Assembly: GCA_964016885.1 (NCBI GenBank)
Contig: OZ024740.1
Location: 422,220,001-422,284,000, forward strand
Direction: 5' to 3'
Length of the DNA: 64,000 nt
From: Eledone cirrhosa
Lineage: Eukaryota
Part shown: in pieces, positions 46,601 to 59,700 of the stretch
Position numbering within the stretch: position 1 is the stretch's first letter
Layout of the letters: each line of letters starts with the position of its first letter
The notes under the pieces: generated by a model
Told to the model about the DNA's origin: nothing
Databases searched by the model: none
The model's input: only the letters and a program-made list of their open reading frames with translations
Translations under genes and position numbers: made by a program

Positions 46601-49600
46601 CCATTCTCTCCACTGTAGACTTTAGTAGACTGTCTTGGATTCCTCTGAGTCTCTAACATATATTGTCTACCATTCTCTCCAATGTAGACTTTAGCAGACT
46701 GTTTTGGACTCCTCTGAGTCTCTAACAAATATTGTCTACCATTCTCTCCAGTGTAGATTTTAGCAGACTGTCTTGGACTCCTCTGAGTCTCTAACATATA
46801 TTGTCTACCATTCTCTCCAATGTAGACTTTAGCAGACTGTTTTGGACTCCTCTGAGTCTCTAACAAATATTGACCACAATTCTCTCCACTGTGGACATTA
46901 GCAGACTGTCTTGGATTCCTCTGAGACTCTAAAAAATATTGCTCACCATTCTGTCCACTGTGGACTTTAGCAGACTGTCTTGGATTCCTCTGAGTCTCTA
47001 ACAAATATTGTCCACCATACTCTCCACTGTGGATTTTAGCAGACTGTCTTGGACTCTTCTGAGTCTCTAACAAATATTGTCTACCATTCTCTCCACTGTG
47101 GACTTTAGCAGACTGTCTTGGACTTCTCTGAGTCTCTAACAAATATTGTCCACCATTCTCTCCACTGTGGACTTTAGTAGACTGTCGTGGACTTCTCTGA
47201 GTCTCTAACAAATATTGTCTACCATTCTCTCCACTGTGGACTTTAGCAGACTGTCTTGGACTCCTCTGAGTCTCTAACATATATTGTCCACCATTCTCTC
47301 AACTGTGAACTTTACCAGACTGTCTTGGATTCCTCTGAGTCTCTAACAAATATTGTCCACCATTCTCTCCACTGTGGACTTTAGCAGACTGTCTTGGACT
47401 TCTCTGAGTCTCTAACAAATATTGTCCACCATTCTCTCCACTGTGGACTTTAGCAGACTGTCTTGGACTCTTCTGAGTCTCTAACAAATATTGTCTACCA
47501 TTCTCTCCACTGTGGACTTTAGCAGACTGTCTTGGATTCCTCTGAGTCTCTAACAAATATTGTCCACCATTCTCTCCACTGTGGACTTTAGCAGACTGTC
47601 TTGGACTTCTCTGAGTCTCTAACAAATATTGTCCACCATTCTCTCCACTGTGGACTTTAGCAGACTGTCTTGGACTCTTCTGAGTCTCTAACAAATATTG
47701 TCTACCATTCTCTCCACTGTGGACTTTAGCAGACTATCTTGGACTTCTCTGAGTCTCTAACAAATATTGTCCACCATTCTCTCCACTGTGGACTTTAGTA
47801 GACTGTCTTGGACTTCTCTGAGTCTCTAACAAATATTGTCTACCATTCTCTCCACTGTGGACTTTAGCAGACTGTCTTGGATTCCTCTGAGTCTCTAACA
47901 AATATTGTCTACCATTCTCTCCACTGTGGACTTTAGCAGACTGTCTTGGACTTCTCTGAGTCTCTAACAAATATTGTCCACCATTCTCTCCACTGTGGAC
48001 TTTAGTAGACTGTCTTGGACTTCTCTGAGTCTCTAACAAATATTGTCTACCATTCTCTCCACTGTGGACTTTAGCAGACTGTCTTGGACTCCTCTGAGTC
48101 TCTAACATATATTGTCCACCATTCTCTCCACTGTGGACTTTAGCAGACTGTCTTGGACTTCTCTGAGTCTCTAACAAATATTGTCTACCATTCTCTCCAC
48201 TGTGGACTTTAGCAGACTGTCTTGGACTCCTCTGAGTCTCTAACAAATATTGTCCACCATTCTCTCCACTGTGGACTTTAGCAGACTGTCTTGGACTTCT
48301 CTGAGTCTCTAACATATATTGTCCACCATTCTCTCCACTGTGGACTTTAGCAGACTGTCTTGGACTTCTCTGAGTCTCTAACAAATATTGTCCACCATTC
48401 TCTCCACTGTGGACTTTAGCAGACTGTCTTGGATTACTCTGAGTCTCTAACAAATATTGTCTACCATTCTCTCCGCTGTAGATTTTAGCAGACTGTCTTG
48501 GATTCCTCTGAGTCTCTAACAAATATTGTCCACCATTCTGTCCACTGTGGACTTTAGCAGACTGTCTTGGATTCCTCTGAGTCTCTAACAAATATTGTCC
48601 ACCATTCTCTCCACTGTGGACTTTAGCAGACTGTCTTGGACTCTTCTGAGTCTCTAACAAATATTGTCTACCATTCTCTCCACTGTGGACTTTAGCAGAC
48701 TGTCTTGGATTCCTCTGAGTCTCTAACAAATATTGTCCACCATTCTCTCCACTGTGGACTTTAGCAGACTGTCTTGGACTTCTCTGAGTCTCTAACAAAT
48801 ATTGTCCACCATTCTCTCCACTGTGGACTTTAGCAGACTGTCTTGGACTCTTCTGAGTCTCTAACAAATATTGTCTACCATTCTCTCCACTGTGGACTTT
48901 AGCAGACTATCTTGGACTTCACTGAGTCTCTAACAAATATTGTCCACCATTCTCTCCACTGTGGACTTTAGTAGACTGTCTTGGACTTCTCTGAGTCTCT
49001 AACAAATATTGTCTACCATTCTCTCCACTGTGGACTTTAGCAGACTGTCTTGGATTCCTCTGAGTCTCTAACAAATATTGTCTACCATTCTCTCCACTGT
49101 GGACTTTAGCAGACTGTCTTGGACTTCTCTGAGTCTCTAACAAATATTGTCCACCATTCTCTCCACTGTGGACTTTAGTAGACTGTCTTGGACTTCTCTG
49201 AGTCTCTAACAAATATTGTCTACCATTCTCTCCACTGTGGACTTTAGCAGACTGTCTTGGACTCCTCTGAGTCTCTAACATATATTGTCCACCATTCTCT
49301 CCACTGTGGACTTTAGCAGACTGTCTTGGATTCCTCTGAGTCTCTAACAAATATTGTCCACCATTCTCTCCACTGTGGACTTTAGCAGACTGTCTTGGAC
49401 TTCTCTGAGTCTCTAACAAATATTGTCCACCATTCTCTCCACTGTAGACTTTAGCAGACTGTCTTGGACTCTTCTGAGTCTCTAACAAATATTGTCTACC
49501 ATTCTCTCCACTGTGGACTTTAGCAGACTGTCTTGAACTTCTCTGAGTCTCTAACAAATATTGTCCACATTCTCTCCACTGTGGACTTTAGCAGACTGTC

Positions 49601-51659
49601 TTGGACTCCTCTGAGTCTCTAACAAATATTGTCTACCATTCTCTCCACTGTGGACTTTAGCAGACTGTCTTGGATTCCTCTGAGTCTCTAACAAATAATG
49701 TCCACCATTCTCTCCACTGTGGAGTTTAGCAGACTGTCTTGGACTCCTCTGAGTCTCTAACATATATTGTCCACCATTCTCTCAACTGTGGACTTTAGCA
49801 GACTGTCTTGGATTCCTCTGAGTCTCTAACAAATATTGTCTACCATTCTCTCCACTGTAGACTCTAGCAGATTGTCTTGGACTTCTCTGAGTCTCTAACA
49901 AATATTGTCCACCATTCTCTGCACTGTGGATTTTAGCAGACTGTCTTGGACTTCTCTGAGTCTCTAACAAATATTGTCCACCATTCTCTCCACTGTAGAC
50001 TTTAGTAGACTGTCTTGGATTCCTCTGAGTCTCTAACATATATTGTCTACCATTCTCTCCAATGTAGACTTTAGCAGACTGTTTTGGACTCCTCTGAGTC
50101 TCTAACAAATATTGTCTACCATTCTCTCCAGTGTAGATTTTAGCAGACTGTCTTGGACTCCTCTGAGTCTCTAACATATATTGTCTACCATTCTCTCCAA
50201 TGTAGACTTTAGCAGACTGTTTTGGACTCCTCTGAGTCTCTAACAAATATTGACCACAATTCTCTCCACTGTGGACATTAGCAGACTGTCTTGGATTCCT
50301 CTGAGACTCTAAAAAATATTGCCCACCATTCTGTCCACTGTGGACTTTAGCAGACTGTCTTGGATTCCTCTGAGTCTCTAACAAATATTGTCCACCATAC
50401 TCTCCACTGTGGATTTTAGCAGACTGTCTTGGACTCTTCTGAGTCTCTAACAAATATTGTCTACCATTCTCTCCACTGTGGACTTTAGCAGACTGTCTTG
50501 GACTTCTCTGAGTCTCTAACAAATATTGTCCACCATTCTCTCCACTGTGGACTTTAGCAGACTGTCTTGGACTCCTCTGAGTCTCTAACATATATTGTCC
50601 ACCATTCTCTCAACTGTGGACTTTACCAGACTGTCTTGGATTCCTCTGAGTCTCTAACAAATATTGTCCACCATTCTCTCCACTGTGGACTTTAGCAGAC
50701 TGTCTTGGACTTCTCTGAGTCTCTAACAAATATTGTCCACCATTCTCTCCACTGTGGACTTTAGCAGACTGTCTTGGACTCTTCTGAGTCTCTAACAAAT
50801 ATTGTCTACCATTCTCTCCACTGTGGACTTTAGCAGACTGTCTTGGATTCCTCTGAGTCTCTAACAAATATTGTCCACCATTCTCTCCACTGTGGACTTT
50901 AGCAGACTGTCTTGGACTTCTCTGAGTCTCTAACAAATATTGTCCACCATTCTCTCCACTGTGGACTTTAGTAGACTGTCTTGGACTTCTCTGAGTCTCT
51001 AACAAATATTGTCTACCATTCTCTCCACTGTGGACTTTAGCAGACTGTCTTGGATTCCTCTGAGTCTCTAACAAATATTGTCTACCATTCTCTCCACTGT
51101 GGACTTTAGCAGACTGTCTTGGACTTCTCTGAGTCTCTAACAAATATTGTCCACCATTCTCTCCACTGTGGACTTTAGTAGACTGTCTTGGACTTCTCTG
51201 AGTCTCTAACAAATATTGTCTACCATTCTCTCCACTGTGGACTTTAGCAGACTGTCTTGGACTTCTCTGAGTCTCTAACAAATATTGTCTAACATTCTCT
51301 CCACTGTGGACTTTAGCAGACTGTCTTGGACTCCTCTGAGTCTCTAACAAATATTGTCCACCATTCTCTCCACTGTGGACTTTAGCAGACTGTCTTGGAC
51401 TTCTCTGAGTCTCTAACATATATTGTCCACCATTCTCTCCAATGTGGACTTTAGCAGACTGTCTTGGACTTCTCTGAGTCTCTAACAAATATTGTCCACC
51501 ATTCTCTCCACTGTGGACTTTAGCAGACTGTCTTAGATTCCTCTGAGTCTCTAACAAATATTGTCTACCATTCTCTCCGCTGTAGATTTTAGCAGACTGT
51601 CTTGGATTCCTCTGAGTCTCTAACAAATATTGTCCACCATTCTGTCCACTGTGGACTTT

Positions 51660-54600
51660 AGCAGACTGTCTTGGATTCCTCTGAGTCTCTAACAAATATT
51701 GTCCACCATTCTCTCCACTGTGGACTTTAGCAGACTGTCTTGGACTTCTCTGAGTCTCTAACAAATATTGTCCACCATTCTCTCCACTGTGGACTTTAGC
51801 AGCTGTCTTGAACTTCTCTGAGTCTCTAACAAATATTGTCTACCATTCTCTCCACTGTGGACTTTAGCAGACTGTCTTGGACTCCTCTGAGTCTCTAACA
51901 TATATTGTCCACCATTCTCTCAACTGTGGACTTTAGCAGACTGTCTTGGATTCCTCTGAGTCTCTAACAAATATTGTCCACCATTCTCTCCACTGTAGAT
52001 TTTAGCAGACTGTCTTGGACTCCTCTGAGTCTCTAACAAATATTGTCCACCATTCTCTCCACTGTGGACTTTAGCAGACTGTCTTGGATTCCTCTGAGTC
52101 TCTAACAAATATTGTCCACCATTCTGTTCACTGTGGACTTTAGCAGACTGTCTTGGATTCCTCTGAGTCTCTAACAAATATTGTCCACCATTCTCTCCAC
52201 TTTGGACTCTAGCAGACTGTCTTGGACTTCTCTGAGTCTCTAACAAATATTGTCCACCATTCTCTCCACTGTAGACTTTAGCAGACTGTCTTGGATTCCT
52301 CTGAGTCTCTAACAAATATTGTCTATCATTCTCTCCACTGTAGACTTTAGCAGACTGTATTGGACTCCTCTGAGTCTCTAACAAATATTGTCCACCATTC
52401 TCTCCACTGTGGACTTTAGCAGACTGTCTTGGATTCCTCTGAGTCTCTAACAAATATTGTCCACCATTCTCTCCACTGTGGACTTTAGCAGACTGTCTTG
52501 GACTCCTCTGAGTCTCTAACATATATTGTCCACCATTCTCTCCACTGTGGACTTTAGCAGACTGTCTTGGACTCCTCTGAGTCTCTAACAAATATTGTCC
52601 ACCATTCTCTCCACTGTGGACTTTAGCAGACTATCTTGGACTCCTCTGAGTCTCTAACAAATATTGTCCACCATTCTCTCCACTGTGGACTTTAGCAGAC
52701 TGTCTTGGACTCCTCTGAGTCCCTAACAAATATTGTCCACCATTCTCTCCACTGTGGACTTTAGCAGACTGTCTTGGATTCCTCTGAGTCTCTAACAAAT
52801 ATTGTCTACCATTCTCTCCGCTGTAGATTTTAGCAGACTGTCTTGGATTCCTCTGAGTCTCTAACAAATATTGTCCACCATTCTGTCCACTGTGGACTTT
52901 AGCAGACTGTCTTGGATTCCTCTGAGTCTCTAACAAATATTGTCCACCATTCTCTCCACTGTGGACTTTAGCAGACTGTCTTGGACTTCTCTGAGTCTCT
53001 AACAAATATTGTCCACCATTCTCTCCACTGTGGACTTTAGCAGACTGTCTTGAACTTCTCTGAGTCTCTAACAAATATTGTCCACATTCTCTCCACTGTG
53101 GACTTTAGCAGACTGTCTTGGATTCCTCTGAGTCTCTAACAAATAATGTCCACCATTCTCTCCACTGTGGAGTTTAGCAGACTGTCTTGGACTCCTCTGA
53201 GTCTCTAACATATATTGTCCACCATTCTCTCAACTGTGGACTTTAGCAGACTGTCTTGGATTCCTCTGAGTCTCTAACAAATATTGTCTACCATTCTCTC
53301 CACTGTAGACTTTAGCAGATTGTCTTGGACTTCTCTGAGTCTCTAACAAATATTGTCCACCATTCTCTGCACTGTGGATTTTAGCAGACTGTCTTGGACT
53401 TCTCTGAGTCTCTAACAAATATTGTCCACCATTCTCTCCACTGTAGACTTTAGTAGACTGTCTTGGATTCCTCTGAGTCTCTAACATATATTGTCTACCA
53501 TTCTCTCCAATGTAGACTTTAGCAGACTGTTTTGGACTCCTCTGAGTCTCTAACAAATATTGTCTACCATTCTCTCCAGTGTAGATTTTAGCAGACTGTC
53601 TTGGACTCCTCTGAGTCTCTAACATATATTGTCTACCATTCTCTCCAATGTAGACTTTAGCAGACTGTTTTGGACTCCTCTGAGTCTCTAACAAATATTG
53701 ACCACAATTCTCTCCACTGTGGACATTAGCAGACTGTCTTGGATTCCTCTGAGACTCTAAAAAATATTGCCCACCATTCTGTCCACTGTGGACTTTAGCA
53801 GACTGTCTTGGATTCCTCTGAGTCTCTAACAAATATTGTCCACCATACTCTCCACTGTGGATTTTAGCAGACTGTCTTGGACTCTTCTGAGTCTCTAACA
53901 AATATTGTCTACCATTCTCTCCACTGTGGACTTTAGCAGACTGTCTTGGACTTCTCTGAGTCTCTAACAAATATTGTCCACCATTCTCTCCACTGTGGAC
54001 TTTAGTAGACTGTCTTGGACTTCTCTGAGTCTCTAACAAATATTGTCTACCATTCTCTCCACTGTGGACTTTAGCAGACTGTCTTGGACTCCTCTGAGTC
54101 TCTAACATATATTGTCCACCATTCTCTCAACTGTGGACTTTACCAGACTGTCTTGGATTCCTCTGAGTCTCTAACAAATATTGTCCACCATTCTCTCCAC
54201 TGTGGACTTTAGCAGACTGTCTTGGATTCCTCTGAGTCTCTAACAAATATTGTCCACCATTCTCTCCACTGTGGACTTTAGCAGACTGTCTTGGACTTCT
54301 CTGAGTCTCTAACAAATATTGTCCACCATTCTCTCCACTGTGGACTTTAGCAGCTGTCTTGAACTTCTCTGAGTCTCTAACAAATATTGTCTACCATTCT
54401 CTCCACTGTGGACTTTAGCAGACTGTCTTGGACTCCTCTGAGTCTCTAACATATATTGTCCACCATTCTCTCAACTGTGGACTTTAGCAGACTGTCTTGG
54501 ATTCCTCTGAGTCTCTAACAAATATTGTCCACCATTCTCTCCACTGTAGATTTTAGCAGACTGTCTTGGACTCCTCTGAGTCTCTAACAAATATTGTCCA

Positions 54601-56770
54601 CCATTCTCTCCACTGTGGACTTTAGCAGACTGTCTTGGATTCCTCTGAGTCTCTAACAAATATTGTCCACCATTCTGTTCACTGTGGACTTTAGCAGACT
54701 GTCTTGGATTCCTCTGAGTCTCTAACAAATATTGTCCACCATTCTCTCCACTTTGGACTCTAGCAGACTGTCTTGGACTTCTCTGAGTCTCTAACAAATA
54801 TTGTCCACCATTCTCTCCACTGTAGACTTTAGCAGACTGTCTTGGATTCCTCTGAGTCTCTAACAAATATTGTCTATCATTCTCTCCACTGTAGACTTTA
54901 GCAGACTCTATTGGACTCCTCTGAGTCTCTAACAAATATTGTCCACCATTCTCTCCACTGTGGACTTTAGCAGACTGTCTTGGATTCCTCTGAGTCTCTA
55001 ACAAATATTGTCCACCATTCTCTCCACTGTGGACTTTAGCAGACTGTCTTGGACTCCTCTGAGTCTCTAACATATATTGTCCACCATTCTCTCCACTGTG
55101 GACTTTAGCAGACTGTCTTGGACTCCTCTGAGTCTCTAACAAATATTGTCCACCATTCTCTCCACTGTGGACTTTAGCAGACTATCTTGGACTCCTCTGA
55201 GTCTCTAACAAATATTGTCCACCATTCTCTCCACTGTGGACTTTAGCAGACTGTCTTGGACTCCTCTGAGTCCCTAACAAATATTGTCCACCATTCTCTC
55301 CACTGTGGACTTTAGCAGACTGTCTTGGATTCCTCTGAGTCTCTAACAAATATTGTCTACCATTCTCTCCGCTGTAGATTTTAGCAGACTGTCTTGGATT
55401 CCTCTGAGTCTCTAACAAATATTGTCCACCATTCTGTCCACTGTGGACTTTAGCAGACTGTCTTGGATTCCTCTGAGTCTCTAACAAATATTGTCCACCA
55501 TTCTCTCCACTGTGGACTTTAGCAGACTGTCTTGGACTTCTCTGAGTCTCTAACAAATATTGTCCACCATTCTCTCCACTGTGGACTTTAGCAGACTGTC
55601 TTGAACTTCTCTGAGTCTCTAACAAATATTGTCCACATTCTCTCCACTGTGGACTTTAGCAGACTGTCTTGGATTCCTCTGAGTCTCTAACAAATAATGT
55701 CCACCATTCTCTCCACTGTGGAGTTTAGCAGACTGTCTTGGACTCCTCTGAGTCTCTAACATATATTGTCCACCATTCCCTCAACTGTGGACTTTAGCAG
55801 ACTGTCTTGGATTCCTCTGAGTCTCTAACAAATATTGTCTACCATTCTCTCCACTGTAGACTTTAGCAGATTGTCTTGGACTTCTCTGAGTCTCTAACAA
55901 ATATTGTCCACCATTCTCTGCACTGTGGATTTTAGCAGACTGTCTTGGACTTCTCTGAGTCTCTAACAAATATTGTCCACCATTCTCTCCACTGTAGACT
56001 TTAGTAGACTGTCTTGGATTCCTCTGAGTCTCTAACATATATTGTCTACCATTCTCTCCAATGTAGACTTTAGCAGACTGTTTTGGACTCCTCTGAGTCT
56101 CTAACAAATATTGTCTACCATTCTCTCCAGTGTAGATTTTAGCAGACTGTCTTGGACTCCTCTGAGTCTCTAACATATATTGTCTACCATTCTCTCCAAT
56201 GTAGACTTTAGCAGACTGTTTTGGACTCCTCTGAGTCTCTAACAAATATTGACCACAATTCTCTCCACTGTGGACATTAGCAGACTGTCTTGGATTCCTC
56301 TGAGACTCTAAAAAATATTGCCCACCATTCTGTCCACTGTGGACTTTAGCAGACTGTCTTGGATTCCTCTGAGTCTCTAACAAATATTGTCCACCATACT
56401 CTCCACTGTGGATTTTAGCAGACTGTCTTGGACTCTTCTGAGTCTCTAACAAATATTGTCTACCATTCTCTCCACTGTGGACTTTAGCAGACTGTCTTGG
56501 ACTTCTCTGAGTCTCTAACAAATATTGTCCACCATTCTCTCCACTGTGGACTTTAGTAGACTGTCTTGGACTTCTCTGAGTCTCTAACAAATATTGTCTA
56601 CCATTCTCTCCACTGTGGACTTTAGCAGACTGTCTTGGACTCCTCTGAGTCTCTAACATATATTGTCCACCATTCTCTCAACTGTGGACTTTACCAGACT
56701 GTCTTGGATTCCTCTGAGTCTCTAACAAATATTGTCCACCATTCTCTCCACTGTGGACTTTAGCAGACTG
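51660..56770. repeat. 37-monomer (2551-bp) recent tandem duplication in satellite B (boundaries approximate)
   Basis: The private 1-bp deletion TAGCAGCTGTC occurs only at 51801 and 54352. ORF pairs lie at 51920/54471, 52631/55182, 53230/55781. Confidence 0.85.
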
Positions 56771-59700
56771 TCTTGGACTTCTCTGAGTCTCTAACAAATA
56801 TTGTCCACCATTCTCTCCACTGTGGACTTTAGCAGACTGTCTTGGACTCTTCTGAGTCTCTAACAAATATTGTCTACCATTCTCTCCACTGTGGACTTTA
56901 GCAGACTGTCTTGGATTCCTCTGAGTCTCTAACAAATATTGTCCACCATTCTCTCCACTGTGGACTTTAGCAGACTGTCTTGGACTTCTCTGAGTCTCTA
57001 ACAAATATTGTCCACCATTCTCTCCACTGTGGACTTTAGCAGACTGTCTTGGACTCTTCTGAGTCTCTAACAAATATTGTCTACCATTCTCTCCACTGTG
57101 GACTTTAGCAGACTATCTTGGACTTCTCTGAGTCTCTAACAAATATTGTCCACCATTCTCTCCACTGTGGACTTTAGTAGACTGTCTTGGACTTCTCTGA
57201 GTCTCTAACAAATATTGTCTACCATTCTCTCCACTGTGGACTTTAGCAGACTGTCTTGGATTCCTCTGAGTCTCTAACAAATATTGTCTACCATTCTCTC
57301 CACTGTGGACTTTAGCAGACTGTCTTGGACTTCTCTGAGTCTCTAACAAATATTGTCCACCATTCTCTCCACTGTGGACTTTAGTAGACTGTCTTGGACT
57401 TCTCTGAGTCTCTAACAAATATTGTCTACCATTCTCTCCACTGTGGACTTTAGCAGACTGTCTTGGACTCCTCTGAGTCTCTAACATATATTGTCCACCA
57501 TTCTCTCCACTGTGGACTTTAGCAGACTGTCTTGGACTTCTCTGAGTCTCTAACAAATATTGTCTACCATTCTCTCCACTGTGGACTTTAGCAGACTGTC
57601 TTGGACTCCTCTGAGTCTCTAACAAATATTGTCCACCATTCTCTCCACTGTGGACTTTAGCAGACTGTCTTGGACTTCTCTGAGTCTCTAACATATATTG
57701 TCCACCATTCTCTCCACTGTGGACTTTAGCAGACTGTCTTGGACTTCTCTGAGTCTCTAACAAATATTGTCCACCATTCTCTCCACTGTGGACTTTAGCA
57801 GACTGTCTTGGATTCCTCTGAGTCTCTAACAAATATTGTCTACCATTCTCTCCGCTGTAGATTTTAGCAGACTGTCTTGGATTCCTCTGAGTCTCTAACA
57901 AATATTGTCCACCATTCTGTCCACTGTGGACTTTAGCAGACTGTCTTGGATTCCTCTGAGTCTCTAACAAATATTGTCCACCATTCTCTCCACTGTGGAC
58001 TTTAGCAGACTGTCTTGGACTCTTCTGAGTCTCTAACAAATATTGTCTACCATTCTCTCCACTGTGGACTTTAGCAGACTGTCTTGGATTCCTCTGAGTC
58101 TCTAACAAATATTGTCCACCATTCTCTCCACTGTGGACTTTAGCAGACTGTCTTGGACTTCTCTGAGTCTCTAACAAATATTGTCCACCATTCTCTCCAC
58201 TGTGGACTTTAGCAGACTGTCTTGGACTCTTCTGAGTCTCTAACAAATATTGTCTACCATTCTCTCCACTGTGGACTTTAGCAGACTATCTTGGACTTCA
58301 CTGAGTCTCTAACAAATATTGTCCACCATTCTCTCCACTGTGGACTTTAGTAGACTGTCTTGGACTTCTCTGAGTCTCTAACAAATATTGTCTACCATTC
58401 TCTCCACTGTGGACTTTAGCAGACTGTCTTGGATTCCTCTGAGTCTCTAACAAATATTGTCTACCATTCTCTCCACTGTGGACTTTAGCAGACTGTCTTG
58501 GACTTCTCTGAGTCTCTAACAAATATTGTCCACCATTCTCTCCACTGTGGACTTTAGTAGACTGTCTTGGACTTCTCTGAGTCTCTAACAAATATTGTCT
58601 ACCATTCTCTCCACTGTGGACTTTAGCAGACTGTCTTGGACTCCTCTGAGTCTCTAACATATATTGTCCACCATTCTCTCCACTGTGGACTTTAGCAGAC
58701 TGTCTTGGATTCCTCTGAGTCTCTAACAAATATTGTCCACCATTCTCTCCACTGTGGACTTTAGCAGACTGTCTTGGACTTCTCTGAGTCTCTAACAAAT
58801 ATTGTCCACCATTCTCTCCACTGTAGACTTTAGCAGACTGTCTTGGACTCTTCTGAGTCTCTAACAAATATTGTCCACCATTCTCTCCACTGTGGACTTT
58901 AGCAGACTGTCTTGAACTTCTCTGAGTCTCTAACAAATATTGTCCACATTCTCTCCACTGTGGACTTTAGCAGACTGTCTTGGACTCCTCTGAGTCTCTA
59001 ACAAATATTGTCTACCATTCTCTCCACTGTGGACTTTAGCAGACTGTCTTGGATTCCTCTGAGTCTCTAACAAATAATGTCCACCATTCTCTCCACTGTG
59101 GAGTTTAGCAGACTGTCTTGGACTCCTCTGAGTCTCTAACATATATTGTCCACCATTCTCTCAACTGTGGACTTTAGCAGACTGTCTTGGATTCCTCTGA
59201 GTCTCTAACAAATATTGTCTACCATTCTCTCCACTGTAGACTCTAGCAGATTGTCTTGGACTTCTCTGAGTCTCTAACAAATATTGTCCACCATTCTCTG
59301 CACTGTGGATTTTAGCAGACTGTCTTGGACTTCTCTGAGTCTCTAACAAATATTGTCCACCATTCTCTCCACTGTAGACTTTAGTAGACTGTCTTGGATT
59401 CCTCTGAGTCTCTAACATATATTGTCTACCATTCTCTCCAATGTAGACTTTAGCAGACTGTTTTGGACTCCTCTGAGTCTCTAACAAATATTGTCTACCA
59501 TTCTCTCCAGTGTAGATTTTAGCAGACTGTCTTGGACTCCTCTGAGTCTCTAACATATATTGTCTACCATTCTCTCCAATGTAGACTTTAGCAGACTGTT
59601 TTGGACTCCTCTGAGTCTCTAACAAATATTGACCACAATTCTCTCCACTGTGGACATTAGCAGACTGTCTTGGATTCCTCTGAGACTCTAAAAAATATTG